A program made the position numbers and the translations under genes. From Candidatus Bathyarchaeia archaeon (GTDB taxonomy: Archaea; Thermoproteota; Bathyarchaeia; Bathyarchaeales; Bathycorpusculaceae), in the NCBI GenBank assembly GCA_038883655.1, contig JAVZLQ010000003.1:128001-192000 (forward strand): a DNA stretch of 64,000 nt. Direction: 5' to 3'. Positions within the stretch are counted from its first letter, which is position 1; each line of letters starts with the position of its first letter. The notes beneath the pieces were generated by a model. That model searched no databases. It had not been told where the DNA came from and worked only from the letters and a program-made list of their open reading frames with translations. Below, piece by piece: positions 20,266-30,070 of this stretch.

Positions 20266-20706
20266 ATGCCAAAACGAGAAAAGGGAAAATCCCATCAAAC
20301 AAGACCAGTGAGCAAGAGACCACCAAGCTGGTGCAAATACCAACCAGAAGAAGTTGAAGCTCTAATCATCAAGCTTGCTAGGGAAGGACATCCGCCAAGC
20401 CGCATAGGCACGATATTACGCGACCAATACGCAATACCGCTGGTTAAACTCATAACTGGAAAGACAATAACGAAGATACTGCAGGATGCTGGACTTGCGC
20501 CTTCAATTCCAGAGGATTTAGGAAACTTGCTCAAGAAGGCTGAAAGCCTCGCCGCTCATCTTGAAAAGCACAGAAAAGATTTGCATAACAAAAGGGCGCT
20601 GCAGCTTATAGAGGCGAAAATCCACAAACTTTCAAGATATTATAAGAGAGAAGGCGTATTGCCGCCAAATTGGAAGTATGAACCAAAAATAGCTTCCGTC
20701 GCCTAA
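20266..20706 (+). CDS. rps15: 30S ribosomal protein S15 (uS15)
   Basis: PSRIGTILRDQY, IPEDL, KDLHNKRAL, LSRYYK. Confidence 0.95.
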   Translation: MPKREKGKSHQTRPVSKRPPSWCKYQPEEVEALIIKLAREGHPPSRIGTILRDQYAIPLVKLITGKTITKILQDAGLAPSIPEDLGNLLKKAESLAAHLEKHRKDLHNKRALQLIEAKIHKLSRYYKREGVLPPNWKYEPKIASVA

Positions 20707-20749
20707 AGCCACATTTAATCCTTAAATAATTAAGTGTCCTAGCCTTTCT

Positions 20750-22213
20750 ATGATTACGATGGATATCGACGAAAAGCAAATGTCAGAATTTCTAGATTCC
20801 GCAAACCGCGCAGCCAAAACAATTTTGGATGTCGCCAAAGAGGATGGTTTTATTCATGTCTTTTCACATTTAGACGCTGATGGTGTTGCAGCGGCTGGAA
20901 TTGTTGGAAAAATGTTGTCTAGGCTTGATGCTAGGTTCAGGATTAGAATAACCCAATGGGTTGACGAAAAAATTGTTAGCGAAACCCTGTCAGACAAGCC
21001 CCAACTCATAATTTTTACGGATTTTGGAAGCGGATACATGAATCTACTAAACAAGAAACTTGCAGATTTTAAAATAGTAATTTTAGACCACCATCAAGCA
21101 ACAGAAAAGGAGTTGCCAAGTTTCGTGCAAGTAAACCCGCATTTGCATGGAATAGATGGTGCACGTGACATTAGCGGCGCTGGAGTCGCCTATTTTGTGG
21201 CAAAAGCTGTCGATAAGGATAATGTGGATTTAGCGCCCATAGCCATTGTTGGAGCGTTAGGCGATTTACAGGACAAGTATAACCAGCGGATGCTCGGCGG
21301 AGTTAATGCAAAAATAGTTGAAGACGCGTTAAGGACTGGGTTAGTAACAGTTGAGAAAGATCTGATATTTTTCGGTAGGGAAACACGCCCAATCCATAAA
21401 AGCTTGGCTTCAACAACAAACCCCTTCATACCAGATATAAGCGGAAGAGAAGACAAAAGCGTAGAATTCCTGGCAAGCCTAAACATAAAGTTAAAGGACG
21501 GCGAGAAATGGCGCGCCTTAAGAGACCTATCTGAGGAAGAAAAGAGAACCCTTTGTTCAGCCATTGCTGACCACTTACTCTCGAAAGGATTGCACTACGA
21601 AATTGGAAACCTAATAGGACACGTTTACACCTTAAAAAATGAGGAACCTTGGACACCTCTTAGGGACGCAAGAGAATTTGCGGTATTGCTTAACGCGACT
21701 GGACGCATGGATAAACCAAGTCTCGGCGTCTCCATTTGCATGGGAGATAGGGGATCAGCTCTTGAAAACGCGATTAAGGTGCTTGAAGAGTACAGGGGAA
21801 CAATCAGCAAATATCTCGGATGGATTATGGAAAAGCCTGCTGAGAGAATGCGTGAGATGGACAACATTTATGTTGTTTATGGCGAGGATTTCATAGACGA
21901 CAAGATAATTGGGGCTGTTTCATCAATTTTGTCAACAAGCCTTCCAAACCCAGAAAAACCTTTAATTGCATATGCAAATGTTGAAGAGGAAAATCTTGCA
22001 AAGTTCTCGGCGAGAACAATAGACATGATGGTGAACAAGGGCATAAATCTCGGAGAAATAATGCAGATTGCTGCGGAGAAGTGCATGGGAAATGGCGGAG
22101 GACACAACGTCGCGGCTGGAGCGCAAATTCCAATCGAAAATGTTGAAGTGTTCATTAAAATTGTTAATGAGCTTGTTGGGAAGCAGTTGAGAGGCGAAAA
22201 AGTTGGAGGCTGA
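20750..22213 (+). CDS. RecJ-like DHH/DHHA1 phosphoesterase
   Basis: HLDADG, DFG, DHH, GD.QD, GGGH..AAG. Confidence 0.9.
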   Translation: MITMDIDEKQMSEFLDSANRAAKTILDVAKEDGFIHVFSHLDADGVAAAGIVGKMLSRLDARFRIRITQWVDEKIVSETLSDKPQLIIFTDFGSGYMNLLNKKLADFKIVILDHHQATEKELPSFVQVNPHLHGIDGARDISGAGVAYFVAKAVDKDNVDLAPIAIVGALGDLQDKYNQRMLGGVNAKIVEDALRTGLVTVEKDLIFFGRETRPIHKSLASTTNPFIPDISGREDKSVEFLASLNIKLKDGEKWRALRDLSEEEKRTLCSAIADHLLSKGLHYEIGNLIGHVYTLKNEEPWTPLRDAREFAVLLNATGRMDKPSLGVSICMGDRGSALENAIKVLEEYRGTISKYLGWIMEKPAERMREMDNIYVVYGEDFIDDKIIGAVSSILSTSLPNPEKPLIAYANVEEENLAKFSARTIDMMVNKGINLGEIMQIAAEKCMGNGGGHNVAAGAQIPIENVEVFIKIVNELVGKQLRGEKVGG

Positions 22214-22454
22214 AATAACGCTTGAATACGTGGATAGCAAAGTGGCAAGTGCTATAGCAAATGCTGTTTCACCAGACAATTTTAAGACGCCGAAAGGCTT
22301 GACCGTAGACACTTTTTGCGAAAATTCGAAAGTTGTCACCAGAATCAAATGTTATAGTAAATTTCAAACGTTTATTTCCACAATTGACGATTTGCTCTTC
22401 TGCGTTTCAGTGGCGGAGAAAAGCTTGCACGTATTAAAGAAAAGTGGACGATAG
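22203..22454 (+). CDS. pcc1: KEOPS subunit Pcc1
   Basis: A.I.LEY...A..I..AVSPDN, TIDDLL; position in the S15-DHH-Pcc1 cluster. Confidence 0.75.
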   Translation: MEAEITLEYVDSKVASAIANAVSPDNFKTPKGLTVDTFCENSKVVTRIKCYSKFQTFISTIDDLLFCVSVAEKSLHVLKKSGR

Positions 22455-22455
22455 C

Positions 22456-22695
22456 TTATTTTGTTTCTTCAACCGCCATCAAGGTTAACGTTGCCTTTAC
22501 ATTGTCAAGTCTTCTAATGCGCCAAGTCACGATTTCCTTAAGCTTATCCATAGTGTCAGACTTAACTTTTACTATAATGTCGTAGGTTCCGTAAACGTTA
22601 AATGCTTCCTCGACTCCTCCGATTTTCTTCAATTCCCGCAACACATTGTCTTCAGAACCCAACTCGGCGTTAATTAACACGAAGGCTGTTGGCAT
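22456..22695 (-). CDS. Stand-alone Lrp/AsnC ligand-binding (RAM) domain
   Basis: AFVLIN.E.G.E, VYGTYDII.KV, IRRL..V..TLTL; no HTH. Confidence 0.85.
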   Translation of the reverse strand: MPTAFVLINAELGSEDNVLRELKKIGGVEEAFNVYGTYDIIVKVKSDTMDKLKEIVTWRIRRLDNVKATLTLMAVEETK

Positions 22696-22845
22696 AACCA
22701 CCCGACCAGAAACAAAAATGTTTAGACGTATGAGAATAAAACACTTTCCTATATTCGCCATGTTTATATCGCAAGGTTAAATAGTTAATTCAAAATGTAA
22801 GTTAGAAGGCTAAAATAAGCCATAACCCTAGTCTCGCGTGAGAAA

Positions 22846-24135
22846 ATGCTTGACATCAAACTTATACGCGAAAACCCAGAGTTCGTGAAAAACAATATGA
22901 TGAAGAGGGGAGACCCAGAAAACATCAAGATACTTGATGAGCTAATTGACTGTGACCGTAAGTGGCGTCAACTATTAACGCGGCTGAACGAGCTCCGCCA
23001 TGAAAGGAGAATTTTAACCACAAAAATTGCGACGTTAAAGAAGAAGGGGGAAAGCGCCGAGAAGGAACTTGCAAGGGCAAAGGAGATCGATTTAGAGACA
23101 GAAAATATTGAGAAGCAAGTGGCGGATTACGAGGAAAAAGTGCACAGTTGCCTGATGCGTTTGCCAAACCTCTTGCATGAAAGCGTGCCTGTGGGCAAAG
23201 ATGAAAACGATAATGTGCCGATAAGGTTTTGGGGGGAAATACCAAAATTTAATTTTCCAGTTAGAGATCACATCGACATAGCACTGAAACTTGACATAAT
23301 GGATGTGGAAAGAGCTGGAAAAATTGCAGGCGCCAGATTCTTTTACCTAAAAAACGAAGGGGTGCTTTTGGATATGGCGCTGATGAACTTTGCTCTAGAA
23401 GAGATGATTAGGAGAGGATATAAGCCAATAGAACCACCATTCATGATGCGAAGAAAACCCTATGAGGGTGTGGTTTCACTAAGCGATTTCGAAGATGTCC
23501 TATACAAGATTGAAGATGAAGACCTCTATATGATTGCAACTTCTGAGCATCCCATCGCAGCCATGTACATGAACGAGGTTTTAAAGGAGGAGGATTTGCC
23601 GCTAAAATTTGTTGGAATAAGCACAAACTTTAGGAAAGAGGCGGGAGCACATGGCAAAGACACCAGAGGAATATTTAGAACACACCAGTTCAATAAGATT
23701 GAGCAGTTCATATTTTGTAAGCCAGAAGACTCGTGGAGCATGCATGAAGAACTCATAAGAAACGCGGAAGAACTAATCCAAAAGCTTGGGTTGCCCTACC
23801 GCGTGGTAAACGTTTGCACTGGAGACATTGGAACTGTTGCCGCGAAAAAGTATGATTTGGAAGCATGGATGCCAGCTCAAAACGCCTACAGAGAAATAAT
23901 CTCATGCAGCAACTGCACGGATTATCAAGCTAGAAGGCTAAACATAAAGTATAGGGAGAAGGAAGGAGCTCCACCAAAGGGATTCGTGCACACGTTAAAT
24001 TCAACAGCCATAGCCACTGGTAGAACAATTGTTGCCATACTTGAAAATTACCAGCAAGAAGACGGGTCTGTTGTAATTCCAGAAGTCTTGAGAAAATATA
24101 TGGGCGGCATAGAGAAAATAGAAGCGAAACGGTAA
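22846..24135 (+). CDS. serS: Serine--tRNA ligase
   Basis: MLDIKLIRENP, ATSEHP, FRKEAG, GIFRTHQF, SNCTDYQARR, HTLNST. Confidence 0.96.
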   Translation: MLDIKLIRENPEFVKNNMMKRGDPENIKILDELIDCDRKWRQLLTRLNELRHERRILTTKIATLKKKGESAEKELARAKEIDLETENIEKQVADYEEKVHSCLMRLPNLLHESVPVGKDENDNVPIRFWGEIPKFNFPVRDHIDIALKLDIMDVERAGKIAGARFFYLKNEGVLLDMALMNFALEEMIRRGYKPIEPPFMMRRKPYEGVVSLSDFEDVLYKIEDEDLYMIATSEHPIAAMYMNEVLKEEDLPLKFVGISTNFRKEAGAHGKDTRGIFRTHQFNKIEQFIFCKPEDSWSMHEELIRNAEELIQKLGLPYRVVNVCTGDIGTVAAKKYDLEAWMPAQNAYREIISCSNCTDYQARRLNIKYREKEGAPPKGFVHTLNSTAIATGRTIVAILENYQQEDGSVVIPEVLRKYMGGIEKIEAKR

Positions 24136-24153
24136 AACTTTTAATACTTTGAT

Positions 24154-24795
24154 GTGAATTTCAAAGCTACAACATGGAGGATAAACTTGTCAACAAAAAC
24201 AAAGAAGGTTCGGGATAAGTGGCGAAGCAAAGCGTGGTACACCGTGCTGGCACCACCATACTTTGGAAATGTGGAGTTAGGTGCAGTGCCGGCAGACGAA
24301 CCAGAAAAACTCATAGGGAGAGTTATCGACTCGACACTTTACGATATTACAAATGATTTTGCGCATCAATACTTGAAAATGTACTTTCAGATAACAGAGG
24401 TTGATGGAAAAACAGCCAAAACAATGTTCAAGGGACATGAATATGCGAGAGATTACCTACGCAGCCTAGTTAGGAGAAGAACAACAAAAATTGATGGAAT
24501 ATTCAACGTCACAACAAAAGACGGATACAAGCTACGTTTGGCAGCATCCGCATTCACGCTTTCAAGAATCAAAACATCACAAGAAAAGGCTGTCAGAGCA
24601 ATAATGGAAAAAATAATCAAAGAAAAGGCTGCAAACCTAACATTAGACCAGTTTTCCCAAGAAATAGTTCTTGGAAAGATAGCCTCAGACATTTACAACG
24701 AAGCGAAAAAAGTTGTTCCGCTGAGGCATGTGGGCATAAGAAAATCAAAGCTAGTGACACAGGTGGCGCAACCGCAAACGCAAAAAGCTGGGTGA
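24154..24795 (+). CDS. rps3ae: 30S ribosomal protein S3Ae (eS1)
   Basis: RDKW..K.WY...AP, DYLRSLVRRRT, PLR...IRKSK. True start may be TTG 24187. Confidence 0.95.
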   Translation: MNFKATTWRINLSTKTKKVRDKWRSKAWYTVLAPPYFGNVELGAVPADEPEKLIGRVIDSTLYDITNDFAHQYLKMYFQITEVDGKTAKTMFKGHEYARDYLRSLVRRRTTKIDGIFNVTTKDGYKLRLAASAFTLSRIKTSQEKAVRAIMEKIIKEKAANLTLDQFSQEIVLGKIASDIYNEAKKVVPLRHVGIRKSKLVTQVAQPQTQKAG

Positions 24796-24797
24796 AA

Positions 24798-25343
24798 CTA
24801 GCTTTTCAGAAGGTTTTCCCCATAATTATAGCCCATCTCGAAAGCTTTTAGGTTTAGCTCTTCAGTTCCTTTGGGCACATTGTCTTTGATGGCGTTTTTT
24901 AAAGCGTCCTTATCAACGAGTTTGGTGATTGCTGCAAAAGCACCAAGCATGACTATGTTGGCAACGATTTTTCTGCCAAGCTCTTCAGCAATCCGCGTGG
25001 CGGGCACACGAAAAACTTTTATGCCATGTAGATCTTTCTCATAAGGAATCATGTCTGGATCTAGAAGTACGGTTCCGCCAGCTTTCACGTTCCCAGCATA
25101 TTCGTTGTAGGCATGCTGAGACATCACAACGAGCACGTCTGGCTCGACAACTTTTGGAAAGTCTATGTTCTCTTCGGCTATCACAACTTCTGATTTGCAA
25201 GCGCCGCCCCTAGATTCTGGACCATAGGACTGCGTTTGAACAGCATTTTTCCCGCCATAAATACAAGCAGCTGATGCCACGATTATGCCAGACTTTATTA
25301 TGCCTTGACCACCGAAACCTGCAAACCTAACTTCAACTCGCAT
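24798..25343 (-). CDS. korC: 2-oxoacid:ferredoxin oxidoreductase gamma subunit
   Basis: AGFGGQG, QSYGPESRGG, NIVMLGA. Confidence 0.9.
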   Translation of the reverse strand: MRVEVRFAGFGGQGIIKSGIIVASAACIYGGKNAVQTQSYGPESRGGACKSEVVIAEENIDFPKVVEPDVLVVMSQHAYNEYAGNVKAGGTVLLDPDMIPYEKDLHGIKVFRVPATRIAEELGRKIVANIVMLGAFAAITKLVDKDALKNAIKDNVPKGTEELNLKAFEMGYNYGENLLKS

Positions 25344-26190
25344 ATTTTGAATCACCCCACATCTTCTCTTCATTTATATGCGCTATCTTCTCATGAAGAA
25401 GCTTCTCGTAACTCACCTTATTTATATTTACAAATTCTCCAACAACTATTCTTTCCGGGGTTATTTCAGCCTTTGCGGGGTCGGAAAAGTTTTCCACGAC
25501 GGAGCTTCTTCTAAACCACTCCATCATTTCAAGCCCTGTTCTCATCTTGTTGTGTCTACCATAAATTTCGGGACACGGTGAAACAATTTCGATAAAACCG
25601 AAGCCATCTTTCTGTAAAAGCCTTTTAATTGACTGCGTTAGCCTACGCACATGGAGTGTTGTCCACCTAGCCACATAAGTTGCCCCAGAAGCCGCTGCAA
25701 GATGGACAAGGTTGAATGGATGCTCAATATTTCCGTACGGCGTTGTGGTTGTGATTGCTTCAAGCGGTGTTGTTGGTCCTTGCTGTCCGCCAGTCATTCC
25801 ATAGTTGAAGTTGTTTGCACAAATCACCTTTATCCCTATGTTTCTCCGCGCTGCATGTATAAAGTGGTTTCCACCAATAGCAAAGAGGTCGCCGTCGCCG
25901 CTTATGACGACTACTTCAAGGTTGGGGTTAGCAAGTTTCACCCCAGTGGCAAAGGCTATTGGGCGACCATGCGTTGTGTGAAAGGAGTTCGTGTTTATGT
26001 AGCCCGCAGCCCGCCCAATACAGCCAATTCCAGAAACAACCACAAGCTTGTCCAAGTCCATTTGCAGCTCATTCACAGCTTGAACAAAGCAGTTGAGTAT
26101 TATGCCGTTGCCACATCCAGAACACCATATGTGAGGCATCATAGCCTTTCGCAAATACCTTGAAAGCGGATGCTCAACCTCCGTTGTCAT
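25333..26190 (-). CDS. korB: 2-oxoacid:ferredoxin oxidoreductase beta subunit
   Basis: WCSGCG, GIGC, HTTHGR, GDGD (TPP), NYGMTGGQ, SPCP. Confidence 0.92.
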   Translation of the reverse strand: MTTEVEHPLSRYLRKAMMPHIWCSGCGNGIILNCFVQAVNELQMDLDKLVVVSGIGCIGRAAGYINTNSFHTTHGRPIAFATGVKLANPNLEVVVISGDGDLFAIGGNHFIHAARRNIGIKVICANNFNYGMTGGQQGPTTPLEAITTTTPYGNIEHPFNLVHLAAASGATYVARWTTLHVRRLTQSIKRLLQKDGFGFIEIVSPCPEIYGRHNKMRTGLEMMEWFRRSSVVENFSDPAKAEITPERIVVGEFVNINKVSYEKLLHEKIAHINEEKMWGDSKYAS

Positions 26191-27350
26191 AAACTATTCC
26201 TCCTAATTTCCTCCAAAATTTCCATAGGCGTATGCGGTTCCTCACCCAACTTTGGAAGGAATGAAACCGGAGTTTCCTTTGCTGCTCTCTGAACCTCGCG
26301 TAAGATTTGACCACAGTTCATTTCCGCAACAACTATTTTCTTCGCTTTTCTAGCGGCTTTTTCCACGTGCTTCTCTGGGAAAGGCCACAGTGTTATTGGA
26401 CGAAGAAGACCCGCTTTTATTCCCTCTGCCCTAGCCTTTCTCACAGCGCTTAGTGCAGCCCTTGCAACTATACCGTAGGCTACAACCACGACATCCGCGT
26501 CCCCAAGCATAACCTCCTCAACCTTCACTATTTTGTCAGCGTTTTTCCTTATCTTGTCGCAGAGCCTTTTAACAAGACGCTCTTGAACTTCTGAACTTTG
26601 CGTTTGTGGATAACCATGCTCGTCGTGTGTCAAACCAGTAGCATGAAAAGCGAATCCTTCTCCAAAACAAGCCATGGGTGGAACAAGGTCGTCGTCGGGC
26701 ATGAATGGCAGATACTTTTCTGGCGGAACATTCGGCCTTTTGCGGTTAACAATTCTTAAATTTTCGGGTGGAGGAATCACCACTTTCTCCCACATGTGCC
26801 CAACAACTTCATCAGCCAGCAATATTGTTGGAACACGGTAAATCTCGGACAAGTTGAAGGCTTCAATTGTCAAGTCAAACATTTCTTGAACTGAGGAAGG
26901 CGACAAAGCAATAATTTCATAGTCTCCGTGAGAACCCCACTTGGCCTGCATAACGTCTTGCTGTCCCGGCAGTGTTGGCTGTCCCGTGCTCGGTCCACCG
27001 CGCATCACATCAACAATCACGCATGGAGTTTCTGTCATAACAGCCAAACCGATGTTCTCTTGCATTAAACTAAAGCCTGGCCCAGAAGTAGCGGTCATGG
27101 CCTTTAGTCCAGCATAGGACGCGCCTATAACCGCCGCAATTGATGCAATTTCGTCTTCCATTTGAATGTAAATTCCACCTACTTCTGGCATCCTTTCCGC
27201 GAGACGCTCGGCAATTTCCGTTGCTGGAGTAATTGGATATCCCGCGAAGAACCTGCAGCCCGCCACTACTGCTCCCTCTGCACATGCAAAGTCGCCGTTC
27301 ATGAAGTGGGCGCCCGTCAGTATAGCCTTCCTTTTAATTGTGCTTGACAT
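26187..27350 (-). CDS. korA: 2-oxoacid:ferredoxin oxidoreductase alpha subunit
   Basis: GYPITP, QMEDEI, TSGPGFSLM, RGGPSTG.PT, EMN.GQ. Confidence 0.92.
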   Translation of the reverse strand: MSSTIKRKAILTGAHFMNGDFACAEGAVVAGCRFFAGYPITPATEIAERLAERMPEVGGIYIQMEDEIASIAAVIGASYAGLKAMTATSGPGFSLMQENIGLAVMTETPCVIVDVMRGGPSTGQPTLPGQQDVMQAKWGSHGDYEIIALSPSSVQEMFDLTIEAFNLSEIYRVPTILLADEVVGHMWEKVVIPPPENLRIVNRKRPNVPPEKYLPFMPDDDLVPPMACFGEGFAFHATGLTHDEHGYPQTQSSEVQERLVKRLCDKIRKNADKIVKVEEVMLGDADVVVVAYGIVARAALSAVRKARAEGIKAGLLRPITLWPFPEKHVEKAARKAKKIVVAEMNCGQILREVQRAAKETPVSFLPKLGEEPHTPMEILEEIRRNSL

Positions 27351-27624
27351 TTTCTTTCAGCTCCTTCTTTTCAATCACAAATATTGCAAAATCTGGACAA
27401 ACTGAAGTGCAAAAACTGCATAAAACGCATTTGCTTTCGTCAACAACTCTTGGTGGATGAACGCCGCGCGCATTAATGTCATTTGATTCTTCTAAAACTT
27501 TTTGGGGACAGTATTGAATGCAGAAGCCGCAGCCTTTACACTGATCACGAATTATGTGAATTTCCGCTTTCGGCAGCATTGCTTTCTCGCTGTCAAGGGG
27601 TTTGCGCCAAATCCTTTCAGGCAT
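27334..27624 (-). CDS. korD: 2x[4Fe-4S] ferredoxin-type delta subunit
   Basis: CKGCGFC...CP and CVLCSFC...CPDFAI. Confidence 0.9.
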   Translation of the reverse strand: MPERIWRKPLDSEKAMLPKAEIHIIRDQCKGCGFCIQYCPQKVLEESNDINARGVHPPRVVDESKCVLCSFCTSVCPDFAIFVIEKKELKENVKHN

Positions 27625-27627
27625 GCA

Positions 27628-30069
27628 TTAATTTCCTCCAAAAGCTTTTTCAAAAGCCTTTTTAGAGCGCTCTATTTCTTCAAGCGAAATTTTCTCTATC
27701 ATTTTTTGCATCTCACGGATTTTTGAGGCGATTCTTTCGCCTTCCGCCGCAGAAACCCACAAAAGTTGAAGCCTCTCCTTATTCAATTCCAACTGTTCCA
27801 TTCTTTTCCAGAAGCGTTCCACACGCCTTTGGGTTTGGTAGTTGGCGTTTATGTAGTGGCAATCTCCTGGATGACAACCAGCAACAAGCACTGCTGCGGC
27901 GCCTCTGGCGAAGGCTCTTTCGATGAATTTTGGTGAAACTCGTCCAGAACACATCGTTCTTATTATTCGGACACTTGGCGGATACTGCATTCTGCTCACT
28001 CCAGCGAAGTCCGCGCCTGCATAGGCGCACCAGTTGCAGCAGAAGGCAACAATCTTTCTATGTGCATCATGTTCCGTTACGGCGTCTATTTGCGCAAGAA
28101 TCTGCTTGTCTGTGAAGTGTTTTTGAGTTAAGGCTTCAAATGGGCATTCGGCTGCACATGTTCCACAGCCGCCGCAAGCCGCCTCTATCACTTCTACACG
28201 CTTAAGCTCTTTATTTAGCGTTAAAGCGTTGTAGGGACAAACTTTTGTGCAAAGTCCGCATGCCTTACATTTTTCCGTAAAAGTCACAGGTGTTATTGCC
28301 TCAACGGCTATTTTGCCCTTGGCCATTAAAATTCCAGCTCTAGCCGCGGCAGCGCTTGCTTGTGTCACGCTGTCCTTTATGTCTTTAGGCGCTTCGGCGC
28401 ATCCTGCAAAAAATATGCCGCCAGTTGCGGCATCCACGGGCCTAAGCTTTGGATGTGCTTCCATGAAGAACCCGTATTGTGTTCGGGAGAGAGTTAGCAG
28501 ACGCTGTATCACTTCGCTGTCTTTTCGCGGTTCCAAGCCAACTGACAAGATTACCATGTCAACATTTATTTTGTACAACTCTTTCTGCAACGTATTTTCG
28601 CCAACAAGCCACAGGCTATGCGTTTTCTTATCTTCAATTATTTCTGCTGGCAGCCCACGTATGAATTTGACGCCTTCCTCCCTTGCCCTTCTATAAAGAT
28701 CTTCGAACCCCTTGCCATAAGCCCGTATGTCAACATAGAAAACGTAAATTTCAGTTTCAGGCCAGTGCTCCTTGATTAGGAGGCTGTCCTTAATCGTGTT
28801 CATGCAGCAGACGTTGCTGCAGTATTGTCTTTCGTTTCTGTTTGAGCGGGAGCCGACGCATTGAACGAATGCCACGCGCTTTGGTATTTGCTTGTCGCTT
28901 GGCCTTATTAGGCGCCCGCCAGAGGGCCCACCAGCATTAATAAGCCTTTCAAATTCGAGCGACGTTATAACGTTTGGATATTTTCCATATCCATAGTTTG
29001 GCAAGTTTGAGGGGTCAAAAATGTCTGCGCCTGTTGCCACAATTATTGTGCCGACGTCGATTTCTATTGTTTCGGGTTTCATGTCAAAGTTTATGGCTTG
29101 TCTTTCACATGCGCGCATACATTTATCGCAGACAATTATGCCTTCCTTGTTTAGGCAGAGGTTCATGTCTATTATGTATGTTGCTGGAACCGCTTGCGCA
29201 AAAGGAGTGTAAATTGCGTGTCTCATGGCTAAGCCCGCGTCGAACTCATTTGGGGCTGTGACTGGACAAACTTTAGCACATTCGCCGCATGCAGAACAGT
29301 CCTTCGTGACGTATCGGGGTTTTTTCAGTATTTTTACATGAAAATTGCCGATGTAGCCCTTCACGTCTACAACTTCGCTGTTGGTTAAAAGCTCAATGTT
29401 CGGGTGATGCCCAACATCAGACATCTTAGGCGCAAGAATACATATTGAACAATCCATCGTTGGAAACGTCTTGTCTATCCGCGCCATCATGCCGCCGATG
29501 CTTGGCTCTTTCTCAACAAGATAAACTTCATAACCAGTATCTGCGAGATCTAAGGCGGCTTGAATTCCAGCAACACCGCCGCCAATAACCAACGTCTTTC
29601 GAAGTATTGGAACTTCAATCTCCTCAAGGGACTGAAGCAGAGCAGCCTTTGCAACAGCCATCTTCACCAAATCTTTGGCTTTTTCTGTGGCAGCTTCACG
29701 ATCATATAAGTGGACCCAACTGCATTGTTCGCGTATGTTCGCCATCTCAAAAAGGTACTTGTTCAGCCCAGCTTCCTCGCAAATCTTTCGGAATGTTGGT
29801 TCATGAAGGCGCGGCGAACAAGATGCCACAACAACACGGTTAAGCCTATGCTCCTTAATATCATTCTTTATCATGGCTTGCCCTTGATCTGAACACGTAT
29901 ATCTATAGTCCTTGGCAAGAACAACATGTGGAAGCGTAGAGGCGAATTTGGCTACTTCTTCACAATCCACAGAGCCAGCAATGTTCAATCCGCAATGGCA
30001 AACATAAACGCCTATACGAACCTCTTCAGAAACCTCACCAGCTTTCTGCTTCTCATCCTCAACCATCAC
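27628..30069 (-). CDS. hdrA: HdrA-MvhD fusion (FAD, Fe-S)
   Basis: GVYVCHCG.NI, REQCSWVH, GGGVAG, KTFPT.DC, CVGSR, CS.VCC, two ferredoxin inserts; C-terminal FCCNWC...MCSGR...GCHPGDCHY (MvhD). Confidence 0.93.
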   Translation of the reverse strand: MMVEDEKQKAGEVSEEVRIGVYVCHCGLNIAGSVDCEEVAKFASTLPHVVLAKDYRYTCSDQGQAMIKNDIKEHRLNRVVVASCSPRLHEPTFRKICEEAGLNKYLFEMANIREQCSWVHLYDREAATEKAKDLVKMAVAKAALLQSLEEIEVPILRKTLVIGGGVAGIQAALDLADTGYEVYLVEKEPSIGGMMARIDKTFPTMDCSICILAPKMSDVGHHPNIELLTNSEVVDVKGYIGNFHVKILKKPRYVTKDCSACGECAKVCPVTAPNEFDAGLAMRHAIYTPFAQAVPATYIIDMNLCLNKEGIIVCDKCMRACERQAINFDMKPETIEIDVGTIIVATGADIFDPSNLPNYGYGKYPNVITSLEFERLINAGGPSGGRLIRPSDKQIPKRVAFVQCVGSRSNRNERQYCSNVCCMNTIKDSLLIKEHWPETEIYVFYVDIRAYGKGFEDLYRRAREEGVKFIRGLPAEIIEDKKTHSLWLVGENTLQKELYKINVDMVILSVGLEPRKDSEVIQRLLTLSRTQYGFFMEAHPKLRPVDAATGGIFFAGCAEAPKDIKDSVTQASAAAARAGILMAKGKIAVEAITPVTFTEKCKACGLCTKVCPYNALTLNKELKRVEVIEAACGGCGTCAAECPFEALTQKHFTDKQILAQIDAVTEHDAHRKIVAFCCNWCAYAGADFAGVSRMQYPPSVRIIRTMCSGRVSPKFIERAFARGAAAVLVAGCHPGDCHYINANYQTQRRVERFWKRMEQLELNKERLQLLWVSAAEGERIASKIREMQKMIEKISLEEIERSKKAFEKAFGGN

Positions 30070-30070
30070 T

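Noticed and set aside
27628-30069. Selenocysteine recoding in HdrA/MvhD
   Set aside because: The ORF is uninterrupted, with Cys at the relevant positions and no in-frame TGA.
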